DNA of 64,000 bases from Candidatus Aldehydirespiratoraceae bacterium (GCA_965203375.1 OZ241886.1:28818-92817); one strand, 5' to 3'. Shown: positions 1-8,982, counted from the stretch's first letter. A program made the numbers and translations. The notes: generated from the letters alone by a model not told the origin.

Positions 1-168
1 GGCCGAGCAGAAGACGCGCCCGGCGCCGCCGGCCGCCTTCAAGCGCTGTGGGCGCGACCAAGCCCGGGTCCCGCGGGCCTGTTCCATCTCGCACTCTGAC
101 ATCTACACTACGGCAGCCCTCCTGAAGACTTCAATTATCTGTGTAGAAAGTCAGAGGTGACCATCAAC

Positions 169-777
169 ATGCAGAAATTGGATAGGCTTGCCGTGTTCAT
201 TGACTATCAAAATGCTTACCGCGGTGCATGGCAAGCCTTCGGGGTCAATAACTACGATCATCATGTCGTCGGGCAGTTTGATCCGATCACGCTCTCCAAG
301 CTGATCGCTGCGCGCCACCCCAACTACCCGGGGGCGAAGCTGCGCAGGCTCGTGCAAGCATGGGTCTACAGAGGCATGCCCAGTTCGTCGAAGGACCCAG
401 TTGGCTACAGAGCCGCGCGCCGACAAGTGAGCCGATGGCAAAACTTGTCCAGTGGAACTGGGCCCCAACTGGAAATCTGCACACGGCCTCTTGACTACCG
501 CACTGGCCGCCCGCGCGAGAAAGGGATTGATGTGCAGATCGCCTTGGACCTCGCGTTTGGCGCAGTCGACGACGACTGCGACGTTGTGGTGCTGTTCTCG
601 GGTGACTCTGATCTCTTGCCAGCGTTGGAGCGGGCCGCTTCGGCCGGCGTTGTCTGCGAGACAGCCGCATGGGCAGCCGGAGGGCGTCGACTGCCGACGA
701 AGCCCTACATCAAGTGGGAGCACCGCCTTAGTCGTCACGACTACGACCAAGCCCGCGGTTCCTTCGGCTGCCGGTAG
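169..777 (+). CDS. NYN/LabA-like (DUF88) PIN-fold nuclease-domain protein, paralog 1
   Basis: ORF 157..777. Motifs LAVFIDYQN, EKGIDVQIALD and VVLFSGDSDLLPAL match the LabA/NYN layout. GAGGTGA lies 7 nt before ATG169 (GTG157 is an alternative start). Confidence 0.7.
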   Translation: MQKLDRLAVFIDYQNAYRGAWQAFGVNNYDHHVVGQFDPITLSKLIAARHPNYPGAKLRRLVQAWVYRGMPSSSKDPVGYRAARRQVSRWQNLSSGTGPQLEICTRPLDYRTGRPREKGIDVQIALDLAFGAVDDDCDVVVLFSGDSDLLPALERAASAGVVCETAAWAAGGRRLPTKPYIKWEHRLSRHDYDQARGSFGCR

Positions 778-822
778 GGGTTGCGCGCCGCCGCTGGGGC
801 TGTTGCGGTTGCCGCCAATCCT

Positions 823-872
823 CCCCGCCGTCCACCACCGCCCGTCGGTGGTGCACTGGCGGGGCTTTTCTT
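823..872 (+). terminator. Intrinsic terminator after NYN paralog 1 (copy 1)
   Basis: Compound stem CCCCGCC..CACCACCG-cccgt-CGGTGGTG..GGCGGGG followed by CTTTTCTT. Confidence 0.6.
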
Positions 873-956
873 GCAGCCGACCGAGCCCGCGACCCCTTCG
901 ACTACCGGTAGGGGTTGCGCGCCGCCGCTCGGGCTGCTACGGTTGTCGTCAATCCT

Positions 957-1006
957 CCCCGCCGTTCGGCACCGCTCGTCGGTGTTGAACTGGCGGGGCT
1001 TTTCTT
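957..1006 (+). terminator. Duplicated intrinsic terminator (copy 2)
   Basis: CCCCGCC...GGCGGGG stem with a partly mismatched inner stem, followed by CTTTTCTT. Same module as 823..872. Confidence 0.5.
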
Positions 1007-2177
1007 GTAGCCGATCAACCAGCTCCGCGGCTGAGCCCGCCATGCCCAGCGACATCGACCTCGTTGCCGGCTACGAGGGCCTCGACGGGCGGCGATGCCG
1101 AGTGGGCGCGCCTGGAAGGCTGGCGGCTTGGGTTCTGATCCGGGGCGGTCATTTCAGGGCGGCTGGTGTGCGGGCAGGCGGAGGCCGTTCAGCGGGTGGG
1201 CCGGAAGGCAAGCCCGCGGTTGCTTCGGCTGCCGGTGGGGGTTGCGGGCCGCTGTTTGGGCTGTTGGGGTTGTCGTCGGTGCTGGCCGCTGTCTGCTGTC
1301 GCCTGTCGGTGGTGCGTTGGCGGGGCTTCTCCCAGGCGGGTGGCACGAAGCGGGCGGGCGGGTCTGGGGGCTGGGGGCGCAGCGCGAGGCGGCGGTGCGT
1401 GTGGGTGTCGGCGCGGACCGGGGGCGGCGGCCTCGACGGGCGGCCGGGTCCTTGGCCGTCGCGGGCTGAGCGGCGACGGCTTCGGCGGGGCCGCGCCGCC
1501 CGCCGTCTCGGGCCGCCGCCGGGTTGGCGGTCGCGGCGGCGGTGTCGGCTGAGGCCGCAGTCCGGGCCGGGTCCGTTCCGTCGGGGGCGGAGGCCGGGCG
1601 GGCCGCGGCAGCGTCCCGCCGCGTGGCGGGCCCGGGGCGGCCACGGCGGTCCAGCACGGGGGCATCGGCGTTGTCTGCGGTGAGAACAACAACTCACCCC
1701 GTCGAAGAGGACACGCCGACAGCCCCGCCCGGCTCTGCCCGCTGCTCGGGTCGGCGGCCCGCGGCCGACCCGCCGAGGACAGCGACATCGGCCTCGCCGC
1801 CGTCTATGAGGACCTCCACGGGCGGCAACGCCGAAAGAGCACGCGAAGAGCCGACGACTCAGACCCCGATCCCGAAGGCGGGCCGCCTGTCGTCTGAGGC
1901 GGGCCGGAGTGAGCCCAAGCCGAGGCCGGCCAGGCGGGCGGCCAGAAGAGCCGATCCCGCGTGACGGCCCGGGCCAGCCGCCGCCGAGCCGCGCGTGCGG
2001 CCGCCCGGGCCCCGCCGGGCTGCTTCGAGGGAGCAGCCCCGAGCACAAGGGCCGCCGGTAGAGTCGGCTTCGGTGGCAGTGACGCTCGCTGAACCCGGGG
2101 CCCGGGTCGGGGCCGTTGCGCCGGCGCCGGCTGCCGGCCGGGCCGGCGGCGCGTCGATCACGGCCGGGGCGTGCGAG

Positions 2178-2309
2178 GTGCGGCTGTTCGGGTCGGCGGC
2201 TCGCGGCGAGCCCGCCAAAGACAACGACACCGATCCCGCCGCCGTTCATGCGGACCCTGATCACGCCCGGCGCTGGGGCCGCATGGATTCGCTCTGGACC
2301 GGACAGTGA
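2178..2309 (+). pseudogene. Truncated MNT-type (minimal) nucleotidyltransferase fragment
   Basis: VRLFGSAARGEPAKDNDTDP fits the GSxxRGE...DSDxD nucleotidyltransferase motif and ends after about 40 codons. Decayed copies of the same motif lie at 1021..1097 (SSAAEPAMPSDIDLV) and 1741..1832 (LLGSAARGRPAEDSDIGL). Confidence 0.35.
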
Positions 2310-3052
2310 GAATCCGGCTGGCATGGTCCGCCCTCGCCGTGGTCGCCGCGGTGACGGCGGCCTGGTTTCGCACCAGTCGACGATGCCGGCCGAGTTCTGA
2401 CCCAGACGGCCGCCACACGGGCCGCGACGAAGGATGCGGGCTTGTCAATGACCAGATCGACCCGGCCGGGGATGATCCCAGCTCTGGACCAGATGAGCCG
2501 CAAAGAGGTCCGAAGCCGCTAACCCAGAAAGATCTTCCGACCCGGAAGGCCGCGATCCGCATTTGGGGTGTTCCTGGACTGCTCGCAGCGGTCGCAGCTT
2601 ATTCATTAGGTATTTGGCTAGGGGGAGAGCACGATGACCATCTCCTACGTCTTATCACCCTCCTGATCGGGCCCTGCGCGGTGATGATCAGCGTGTCGAT
2701 TGTGGCGATCACCTTCACCGGTGGCTGGGAGATCACGACATCAGACCAGTCTAAACGACGCGACGATCTTTTCGTCCATTCACTCCTACTCATATGCATT
2801 ACAGTGCTGGCCATCGCGTTAGCAGGCGTCTACGTTGCGATGGCCCCCGTGTCCGACAGGTTGACTCTTTTGAATACCGACATAGTACAGGGTCTCGGTG
2901 CGTTAGCGGCCCTGTTTTTGGCATTAAGCCTTTCCGGCGTAATTATACAGGTTTACCGGATGGTCGAACTAGTTAGAAATCAAAGACCAGGTCCTAAAGA
3001 TGTTCCGCTTGCCGGTGAGCATCCAAACTTCCATGACAACATCAAGGCGTGA
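2306..3052 (+). CDS. Hypothetical polytopic membrane protein
   Basis: ORF with 4-5 hydrophobic helices (LITLLIGPCAVMISVSIVAITF, LLLICITVLAIALAGVYVAM, LGALAALFLALSLSGVIIQV). Composition switches from GC-rich to AT-rich near 2560, so the true start is uncertain. Confidence 0.4.
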   Translation: MRIRLAWSALAVVAAVTAAWFRTSRRCRPSSDPDGRHTGRDEGCGLVNDQIDPAGDDPSSGPDEPQRGPKPLTQKDLPTRKAAIRIWGVPGLLAAVAAYSLGIWLGGEHDDHLLRLITLLIGPCAVMISVSIVAITFTGGWEITTSDQSKRRDDLFVHSLLLICITVLAIALAGVYVAMAPVSDRLTLLNTDIVQGLGALAALFLALSLSGVIIQVYRMVELVRNQRPGPKDVPLAGEHPNFHDNIKA

Positions 3053-3060
3053 ACGCAGGT

Positions 3061-4752
3061 TTAGGACCCTTCAAAATCATATAAGAACACCAATCTATTG
3101 TCAGGGGTAAGTAAGCTATAACTTTCTTCAGTCCGTTCGCGCTTAACCATGAAACGAGGTGGGCGCATACGAATCGACGGTTCAGTGTCATTGAATGCTA
3201 TTCCGCTTCCCGATAGATAGTAATCTAAACCGTGCCGCACTCCGGCAAATTCAATATGAGGTGAGTAACTGTCTTCCATAGGAACGTGGACGTTTTCACC
3301 TCTGGTGATTGACCGAATTACTTCTAGGTCTTGAATGATTGCTTTATGGAATCTGATTTCTTCCTCATCCTGCCCTATACTACTCGCTTGATAGGTTGAA
3401 GATATAAAAACTAAAAGGGCAAGAATAGCCAAATAGGGCAAGAGAAAGTTACCGAATAGCCTCTGAACATACACCATAAGGATTGCGACAAAACCTAATG
3501 GAATGCCGATATAAAATACGGTCTCGTATTCATGAAAAATGGTATTGTAACGCATGGGTATTGTCCATAGAAACCCACTCACTAACAAGGTTAAGGTCAA
3601 CATCCGGTGATGCAGTAACCCAACTCCTCCTATGCAGGTGGCAAGTACTATACCTGTATAAAAGCTGAACTGAATCCATATATCGCTATTGGAAAGCAAT
3701 CGATAGAAGGAGAAAGGTATAGACATGACACCGATCTGGGCTAACTGCTGTTCTAAAAATGGGAACCATGTGAAACGATTTATTGATTCACCTTGAACTT
3801 GAAGATCCCCCAGCAAAGAAGGAGCCAATCCAGTTCTCCCTAGGAGCGATTTTACCGAAGGCAACTCAGTGATAGATATTCCTCTCATAGCATTCAAGGC
3901 AAAGTATTCTTGACCTATATTGTAGGCAAGGACGCCAATTGTTAGCACGATAACGATACCAGCTAGCAGGATATAACGATTACAAACTAGTTCCCTCCAT
4001 CCCATCTTGAGTAGTAACTTAAACTGCCACCACACATCGTAATTCTTCTTCTGCTGATGTAGGTGGCTCTTCTTCTTTCTCCGATTCCATATATGAAAGG
4101 CATTTCTTGCTAAGCCAAGAGTTATAAACGCTAGTAAGAGGCTAAGAACGTGCCAGTCTAAAAGAATAGCGATGCAAGATTTGGTAACTAGCTGTCTATA
4201 CCGACCCTCCTGTTCAAATATTATCATAGCGTGGAAAGTCAGGATCGTTCCAAATAGACCTATGGTTATTTCGTTTGAGATCATATCCATATAGTACATA
4301 CAATAGTATGACGAGAAGGCGACTAGCGTCGCCGTCAAACTAATCCATCTATTCGACGTGAGTCGATTAAGCGACCAGTACACTATTACTGCTGTCATAG
4401 CGAAGAACACCAACATCAATATCCTTGCCACAAAAATACGCGCCGATAGTTCCCCGAAGGGCAGCGTAGCTATTTTTATCAGTGCGTACCCTATAGGTGG
4501 GAAACGGTTGTAAGCGTCATACCAGGAGCCCTCACCATCCAAATATATCTGACGAGTGAAGACTAAGAAGTTGTGATGTGGAGAAAGATTGACAGCGTTA
4601 GTCAGGTGTTCAGATGATACCCAATTGTGATGACCATAGCGATAAAAAAATTTCCGTTCGCCACTGAATATGAATGCGGTAGATAGGCCTAGCAGTAGGT
4701 ATATCAGCGGCAATCGCGGTAGCAATGAGAGCTTCCACTTTGAGATACTCAT
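3061..4752 (-). CDS. GT-C fold (ArnT/PMT_2-like) membrane glycosyltransferase
   Basis: 563-aa ORF with more than 10 hydrophobic segments. The N-terminal region (YNRFPPIGYALIKI, ARILMLVFFAMTAVIVYW) resembles GT-C glycosyltransferases. Strongly AT-rich relative to the rest of the window. Confidence 0.55.
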   Translation of the reverse strand: MSISKWKLSLLPRLPLIYLLLGLSTAFIFSGERKFFYRYGHHNWVSSEHLTNAVNLSPHHNFLVFTRQIYLDGEGSWYDAYNRFPPIGYALIKIATLPFGELSARIFVARILMLVFFAMTAVIVYWSLNRLTSNRWISLTATLVAFSSYYCMYYMDMISNEITIGLFGTILTFHAMIIFEQEGRYRQLVTKSCIAILLDWHVLSLLLAFITLGLARNAFHIWNRRKKKSHLHQQKKNYDVWWQFKLLLKMGWRELVCNRYILLAGIVIVLTIGVLAYNIGQEYFALNAMRGISITELPSVKSLLGRTGLAPSLLGDLQVQGESINRFTWFPFLEQQLAQIGVMSIPFSFYRLLSNSDIWIQFSFYTGIVLATCIGGVGLLHHRMLTLTLLVSGFLWTIPMRYNTIFHEYETVFYIGIPLGFVAILMVYVQRLFGNFLLPYLAILALLVFISSTYQASSIGQDEEEIRFHKAIIQDLEVIRSITRGENVHVPMEDSYSPHIEFAGVRHGLDYYLSGSGIAFNDTEPSIRMRPPRFMVKRERTEESYSLLTPDNRLVFLYDFEGS

Positions 4753-4878
4753 AATACTTCCTGAGTGAATTGATGTGCCTGTATGAACCCTTTACCATTT
4801 TTCTCTAGTGCGATCGCTACCAGAATTATTTGAGCCTTGGAGGCGGAAATTTAACATAACCATGCTATACTCCGTACG

Positions 4879-7191
4879 GTGAATAGCCGAGGTGACACTG
4901 ACACTATACCTGCAACTGGTCTATCTGCCAACTCTTGCGATGAAGATCACATTGCACAGCGTCGAAAATTGGCCATGGTTTGGCTAACTGCAGGAAGCGC
5001 GGTTGCCTTCATGGTAGGGGCAGGTTGGCTTGATATTATCCGAAATGGTGGTGTACCACCAGGCGGTGACATGGTCGGCCACGCGGCCGCCGCAGAGTGG
5101 CTTAGGACTTTGCCATGGTGGAATTGGCGAGGCTGGTCGGATTGGTTTTACGGTGGTCAGGCCATCGGGATAAACTACCCGCCATTAGGTCTCAACTGGC
5201 TGCGCTTCACTCACTCGACCCATGGTCAGATGATGGCTGTGGCGCTTGGTTTGTTAGTGTTGCTGCCGTGGGGAACATTGCGCCTGACTCGATCGGTGAA
5301 CTATCCACCCCGACTGCAACGTATCTCAGTGGGAGCTGTTTTGGTGCTGACTGCCGCTTCAGGGGCTATGCACTGGGCGCTTCCTGGCTTCCATGCTTTG
5401 TATACCTTTTACAGTTCTTGGCCTTTCATGCTAGCGACGGTTATTGGCTTGTTTACTGCAGCTTGGGCGGCCCGATGTGATCGCCCCGTAGTTGCCGGAA
5501 TAATAGCCGGAGTAGCGTTGTTGTTGAACCCTACATCAGTTCCCGGTCTTAGCGTAGCGATCTTGGCGCTACTGGCCACCAGCGAGGCTTCGATTCGCCA
5601 GATCGTTCGTTGGATTATCACTGCTGGAGCCACTGCTTTGGTCGTTAGTGGTTGGTGGCTTATACCATTTTTGGCTTCATGGGATCGTCTTGTGCGCTGG
5701 GAAGTTCCGCTGCACCGATTCTGGGGCTTTGGAGGTATTTACCAGATACTGGTTCTTACTAGTGTGGGGATGGGGGCAGCATGGGCTAGTCGGTGGGATG
5801 GCCCATCTAGGCGGTTGTCAGGAGTGGCTGCCGCTGGCTTGACTGCTACTTTGTTGGCCGAATGGTTTGATTGGCTGCGCCCAGAGCGCTGGCTACCAAT
5901 AGCACTTCTTATAGCGACTATGGCCTGTGCCGGACTTGCCACGAGAGTGCCTATTTATCCGCCAACCAAGATCCGACCCGTCTGGAAATTACACGTTGTT
6001 CTAGGCTTGCTTCTTTTCGTAGTCCTCACCTTCCGATTTGAAGTCTTGGCACTTGCAGTGGGGGTGTTCCTCTTGCCGACACGTTCTTGGGCCTGGATGG
6101 GGGCTTTGGCATGGAGCGCGATTTTACTCTGGGGTGGCCTCTGGGGGGTTACGAGCGATGCACCAGATACATCAGCAGAGACCCCCACCGGAATTGTGTT
6201 AGCGCGGAGTGAACCCGATTCCAGTGGCTTGGTTTACATAGATAGAAAGATCATAGGTCAGACGAGTGACGTTCATAGATGTGGTTTAGGTCAACCCTGG
6301 TTGGACACGGCACGTACTGGCGGTCGTATCCGTCCATTGTTAGGGTTGTATAGAGAGACCAGCCCATCCTTTGAGTTTATTGCAACGGGACTTCTGATCA
6401 GCACCGGTCAATTGGGAGAGCGATACTCGGTGCGACCTCATTGGTTTGCAGTCTGGCAGGGTGCCGGAGCGCCCACGCTGGGCAGCCTTGCCGCTGCCGA
6501 GGCTCTGGGGGCCCGCTGGCACACGAGATGCGGCGAGGACGGCGACATCCTCCTGACCGACCTGTCAGGAGTGACGGCCAGCGGCGCGACTGTGGACGCT
6601 TATACATCTGAGGACGCGTGGCATCAAGCTGCGGCCCGATGGTGGATTCCGATCTCTGCCGGGGTCCGAACCGAACCGAAGACGTGGGAACCGGTGCCAA
6701 TCCGGGTTGAGGACGGTGATCCCAATCGTCCACTCAACCAGGCCGCGACCGGTGTGTGGATGCGCGCTGGCGACGGCCGCCTTACTGTGGGAGCGGATAC
6801 AGCGGGGTGGGTCTGGTTGCGCGTCCCTTGGGACCCCTACTGGCGTTTGTCGACTGGTGCCGCAGTACACAAGGGCGGCCCGGGTCATCTGATGGCCTGG
6901 GTCCCCGCTGGAGAAAGCGAGTTGACGTGGCAAGTGCCAGCCACGGTGAACGCCGCTGCCGTCGCCGTCACGGGGGTTGCCGCGCTCACGGTACTGGTCA
7001 TGGTCGTCGGGGACCGCCGTCGTCCAGAGCGTGGGCTAGATCTCAACCGTCCTAGTCCCGTCAGAGCCGCCGTCGGCCTGTACGCTGACACTGTGGACGA
7101 ATGGTTGGCCACCTTCGGCCGCTGGTCCCGGACTGCTGGCCGGCCGTTGAGCAGGATCATCGCTCGAACCCGCAACCGACGCCCTGGTTGA
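4879..7191 (+). CDS. Large polytopic membrane protein, GT-C-like / PTPS-related membrane family (tentative)
   Basis: 770-aa ORF with many TM segments in the first ~430 aa, a soluble C-terminal domain and a terminal TM helix. The N-terminal GGDMVGHAAAAEWL...GGQAIGINYPPLG motif is reminiscent of GT-C-like glycosyltransferases. GTG start; ATG4975 is an alternative. Confidence 0.45.
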   Translation: MNSRGDTDTIPATGLSANSCDEDHIAQRRKLAMVWLTAGSAVAFMVGAGWLDIIRNGGVPPGGDMVGHAAAAEWLRTLPWWNWRGWSDWFYGGQAIGINYPPLGLNWLRFTHSTHGQMMAVALGLLVLLPWGTLRLTRSVNYPPRLQRISVGAVLVLTAASGAMHWALPGFHALYTFYSSWPFMLATVIGLFTAAWAARCDRPVVAGIIAGVALLLNPTSVPGLSVAILALLATSEASIRQIVRWIITAGATALVVSGWWLIPFLASWDRLVRWEVPLHRFWGFGGIYQILVLTSVGMGAAWASRWDGPSRRLSGVAAAGLTATLLAEWFDWLRPERWLPIALLIATMACAGLATRVPIYPPTKIRPVWKLHVVLGLLLFVVLTFRFEVLALAVGVFLLPTRSWAWMGALAWSAILLWGGLWGVTSDAPDTSAETPTGIVLARSEPDSSGLVYIDRKIIGQTSDVHRCGLGQPWLDTARTGGRIRPLLGLYRETSPSFEFIATGLLISTGQLGERYSVRPHWFAVWQGAGAPTLGSLAAAEALGARWHTRCGEDGDILLTDLSGVTASGATVDAYTSEDAWHQAAARWWIPISAGVRTEPKTWEPVPIRVEDGDPNRPLNQAATGVWMRAGDGRLTVGADTAGWVWLRVPWDPYWRLSTGAAVHKGGPGHLMAWVPAGESELTWQVPATVNAAAVAVTGVAALTVLVMVVGDRRRPERGLDLNRPSPVRAAVGLYADTVDEWLATFGRWSRTAGRPLSRIIARTRNRRPG

Positions 7192-7281
7192 CGTTCGGTT
7201 AGTCTGGCTGTAGTATTCACCGCCACGTCGTTGCTGCACGAGCGGCAGCCCTGCAAATCGCAAGCTTGGGAGGCAGGAAAC

Positions 7282-7602
7282 ATGATGGCCGTTGCTCTGA
7301 TAGCTGTTGGAGTGCCGAGTCTGCTCGGAATCGCTTCGTTGGGATTGCGCAGGCGGTCACAGGCTACGTCCGCCGACAAGCGAGGCATTGCCCTTCAGAC
7401 TGTGATCATCATGGTGGTGCTGCTGATCATCGCCGGAGCAGTGGCGGGAGTGCTGATCACGCGAGGCGAAGAGGCGGTCACCGATCTTGAGAACCAAGAA
7501 ATCGGTTTGACCCCCGCCAGCTTCTCATCCAAGATCCTCTGCGAGAGCGCCAACTTCAGTTGGGACGACAACCGCGCCCTCGGCTCCAAGTGCTACCAGT
7601 AG
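7282..7602 (+). CDS. Pilin-like small secreted/membrane protein (putative Tad/type IV-type prepilin)
   Basis: GGGAGG lies 5-9 nt before ATG7282. ...ADKRG followed by IALQTVIIMVVLLIIAGAVAGVLI resembles a prepilin cleavage site plus hydrophobic helix. C-terminal Cys pair (ILCESANFSWDDNRALGSKCYQ). Sits directly upstream of the TadE-like genes. Confidence 0.5.
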   Translation: MMAVALIAVGVPSLLGIASLGLRRRSQATSADKRGIALQTVIIMVVLLIIAGAVAGVLITRGEEAVTDLENQEIGLTPASFSSKILCESANFSWDDNRALGSKCYQ

Positions 7603-7753
7603 TCCAGCCGCAACGTCAGCCGGGCCAGCACCAGCTTCAGTAGGGACGACAACGTCTGCGCTAGTTGGGGCCGATGTCTCGAGGCATCGGCTAAAGCAGG
7701 CCGCTCGGAAACAGGGCGCGTTCCGCCCGTCACCTGAAGAAGTCGGGTCTGGC

Positions 7754-8203
7754 CTGGCTGGCCGGTCTGCGAGTCAGGGCCGTCCGCTGGCGGGGCAGGC
7801 GGACACGCGGGGCGAGGCTCTGCCGGTCGCCATCTTGTTTCTGGGGGTGCTGTTCACGATCCTGATGGGGGTGCATGTGGTGGTGGTGGCTATGGCCCGC
7901 ACCGCCGTGCAGGCCGCCGCCGATGCTGCTGTCAACGCTGCACAAAACGCGGCGCCCGGTGATCGAGTGGACGAAGGCGTGCTGGCTGCCCGGCTCGCCC
8001 TGATCGCCGCCCGCAGCTCAGCCGTTGAGACCCGCCCTCCGGCGGTGGCCGTGGAGCCCGAGCGGGGCCAAGTGCAGGTCTTGGTGTTCGGCGGCACTAT
8101 CTCGCCGATCTTCGGCGGAGTGGAGATCAGCGCTTTGGCCTGCGGGCCTCTCGACGACATCGCCACATCGGCTCTCAGCAGCGCCGAGGCCTGGCGATGC
8201 TGA
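7754..8203 (+). CDS. TadE/TadG-like pseudopilin A, copy 1
   Basis: DTRGEALPVAILFLGVLFTILMGVHVVVVAMARTAVQAAADAAV matches the TadE-like N-terminal motif. Track ORF 7835..8203. Homology to copy 2 extends upstream to about 7754 (CTG aligns with the TTG start of copy 2), so the start is uncertain. Confidence 0.5.
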   Translation: MAGRSASQGRPLAGQADTRGEALPVAILFLGVLFTILMGVHVVVVAMARTAVQAAADAAVNAAQNAAPGDRVDEGVLAARLALIAARSSAVETRPPAVAVEPERGQVQVLVFGGTISPIFGGVEISALACGPLDDIATSALSSAEAWRC

Positions 8204-8748
8204 GACTCCGGCCGCAACCGGCTTGTCGCTGCCTGCTTGGAACTGCCGCCCCCTGCACGGGTACACGCCGCGGCGGCGAGGGGGGCTCGGGCACTGCTAT
8301 CGGGGTGGCGATGATGTTCCCGATGTTGATGCTGGTGATCATCCTCATCCAGATGTTGTCCGACACCACCCGGTCCGAGCAGGCGCTGCAGGCTGTCGCC
8401 AACCGGGCCGCTCGGACCGCCGCGCTGTGCTGCTACCGGGTGGACGGCACCGACGGCGCGGTGGCGGTGGTGCGGGCCGGGCTGGAGAGCGTGACCAGCG
8501 CCGCCGCGGGCAACCGGATCTATTGCAACAACGACATGGCCGGCACCGCCCGCGTCGTCTTCATCGATGTGGACGACAGCGAGGTCACCTCCGGCCCGGT
8601 GCCGCCGGGGGGCACGGCCTATGTGTTTTTGACCTGCCGAATTCCGCCCCAGATCATCGGCGGCTTCGGCATCCCCGCCCTCGACGCCGAACGCTTGCTG
8701 GTGGGGGCGGCCACCATCGACCCCTTCCGCTCCCGCTCCGGCACCTGA
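8197..8748 (+). CDS. TadE-like pseudopilin B, copy 1
   Basis: GSGTAIGVAMMFPMLMLVIILIQML is a TadE-type N-terminal helix. ATG overlaps the stop of A1 (ATGCTGA). Intact 183-aa ORF. Confidence 0.6.
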   Translation: MLRLRPQPACRCLLGTAAPCTGTRRGGEGGSGTAIGVAMMFPMLMLVIILIQMLSDTTRSEQALQAVANRAARTAALCCYRVDGTDGAVAVVRAGLESVTSAAAGNRIYCNNDMAGTARVVFIDVDDSEVTSGPVPPGGTAYVFLTCRIPPQIIGGFGIPALDAERLLVGAATIDPFRSRSGT

Positions 8749-8780
8749 CCCCGCCGCCCGCGCCCGAGCCCGCCACTCAG

Positions 8781-8909
8781 CGAGACACTGCCGTCACCGA
8801 TCTCGAGAGACAGGACGTCACTCAAAGTCCGAGCAGCTTCTCAACCGAGATTCTCTGTAGAGCCGCTGGCTGCACTTGGGCTGGGGCCACTCCCTCCTGC
8901 CAGTCGTAG
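8781..8909 (+). pseudogene. 5'-truncated pilin gene fragment (C-terminal cassette only)
   Basis: DTAVTDLERQDVTQSPSSFSTEILCRAAGCTWAGATPSCQS* aligns with EEAVTDLENQEIGLTPASFSSKILCES...CYQ* of 7282..7602. No start codon, signal or TM part. Confidence 0.5.
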
Positions 8910-8982
8910 GGTCCGCGGTCGCGGCACACCAGCCCAGCAGGTCGTTCAGTCGGGTTGCGGCCTCTCGCCTATGTGAGAGGTC

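Larger units (their letters stand above)
771..1340. repeat. Three tandem copies of the NYN gene 3' end plus downstream terminator module
   Basis: CCGGTAGGGGTTGCGCGCCGCCGCT... starts at 771 and again at 905 (period 134, near-identical). A third, degenerate copy at about 1211-1340 includes more of the gene end (AGCCCGCGGTTGCTTCGGCTGCCGGTGGGGG). Confidence 0.7.

Noticed and set aside
781-2330. Many long overlapping ORFs on both strands (for example 1149..2324 minus at 391 aa, 781..1683 plus at 300 aa, and 1189..1788 minus).
   Set aside because: They are Arg/Pro/Gly/Ala-rich low-complexity translations, mutually overlapping in several frames, in extremely GC-rich repeat DNA. This is typical GC-driven open frames. 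Only short MNT-like motif fragments look genuinely protein-derived.
4810-4817. GCGATCGC (the cyanobacterial HIP1 palindrome) in the AT-rich divergent spacer of the glycosyltransferase island, as a hint of donor lineage.
   Set aside because: There is a single occurrence in the island, and the same octamer also occurs by chance in the GC-rich part (about 11027). No statistical weight.
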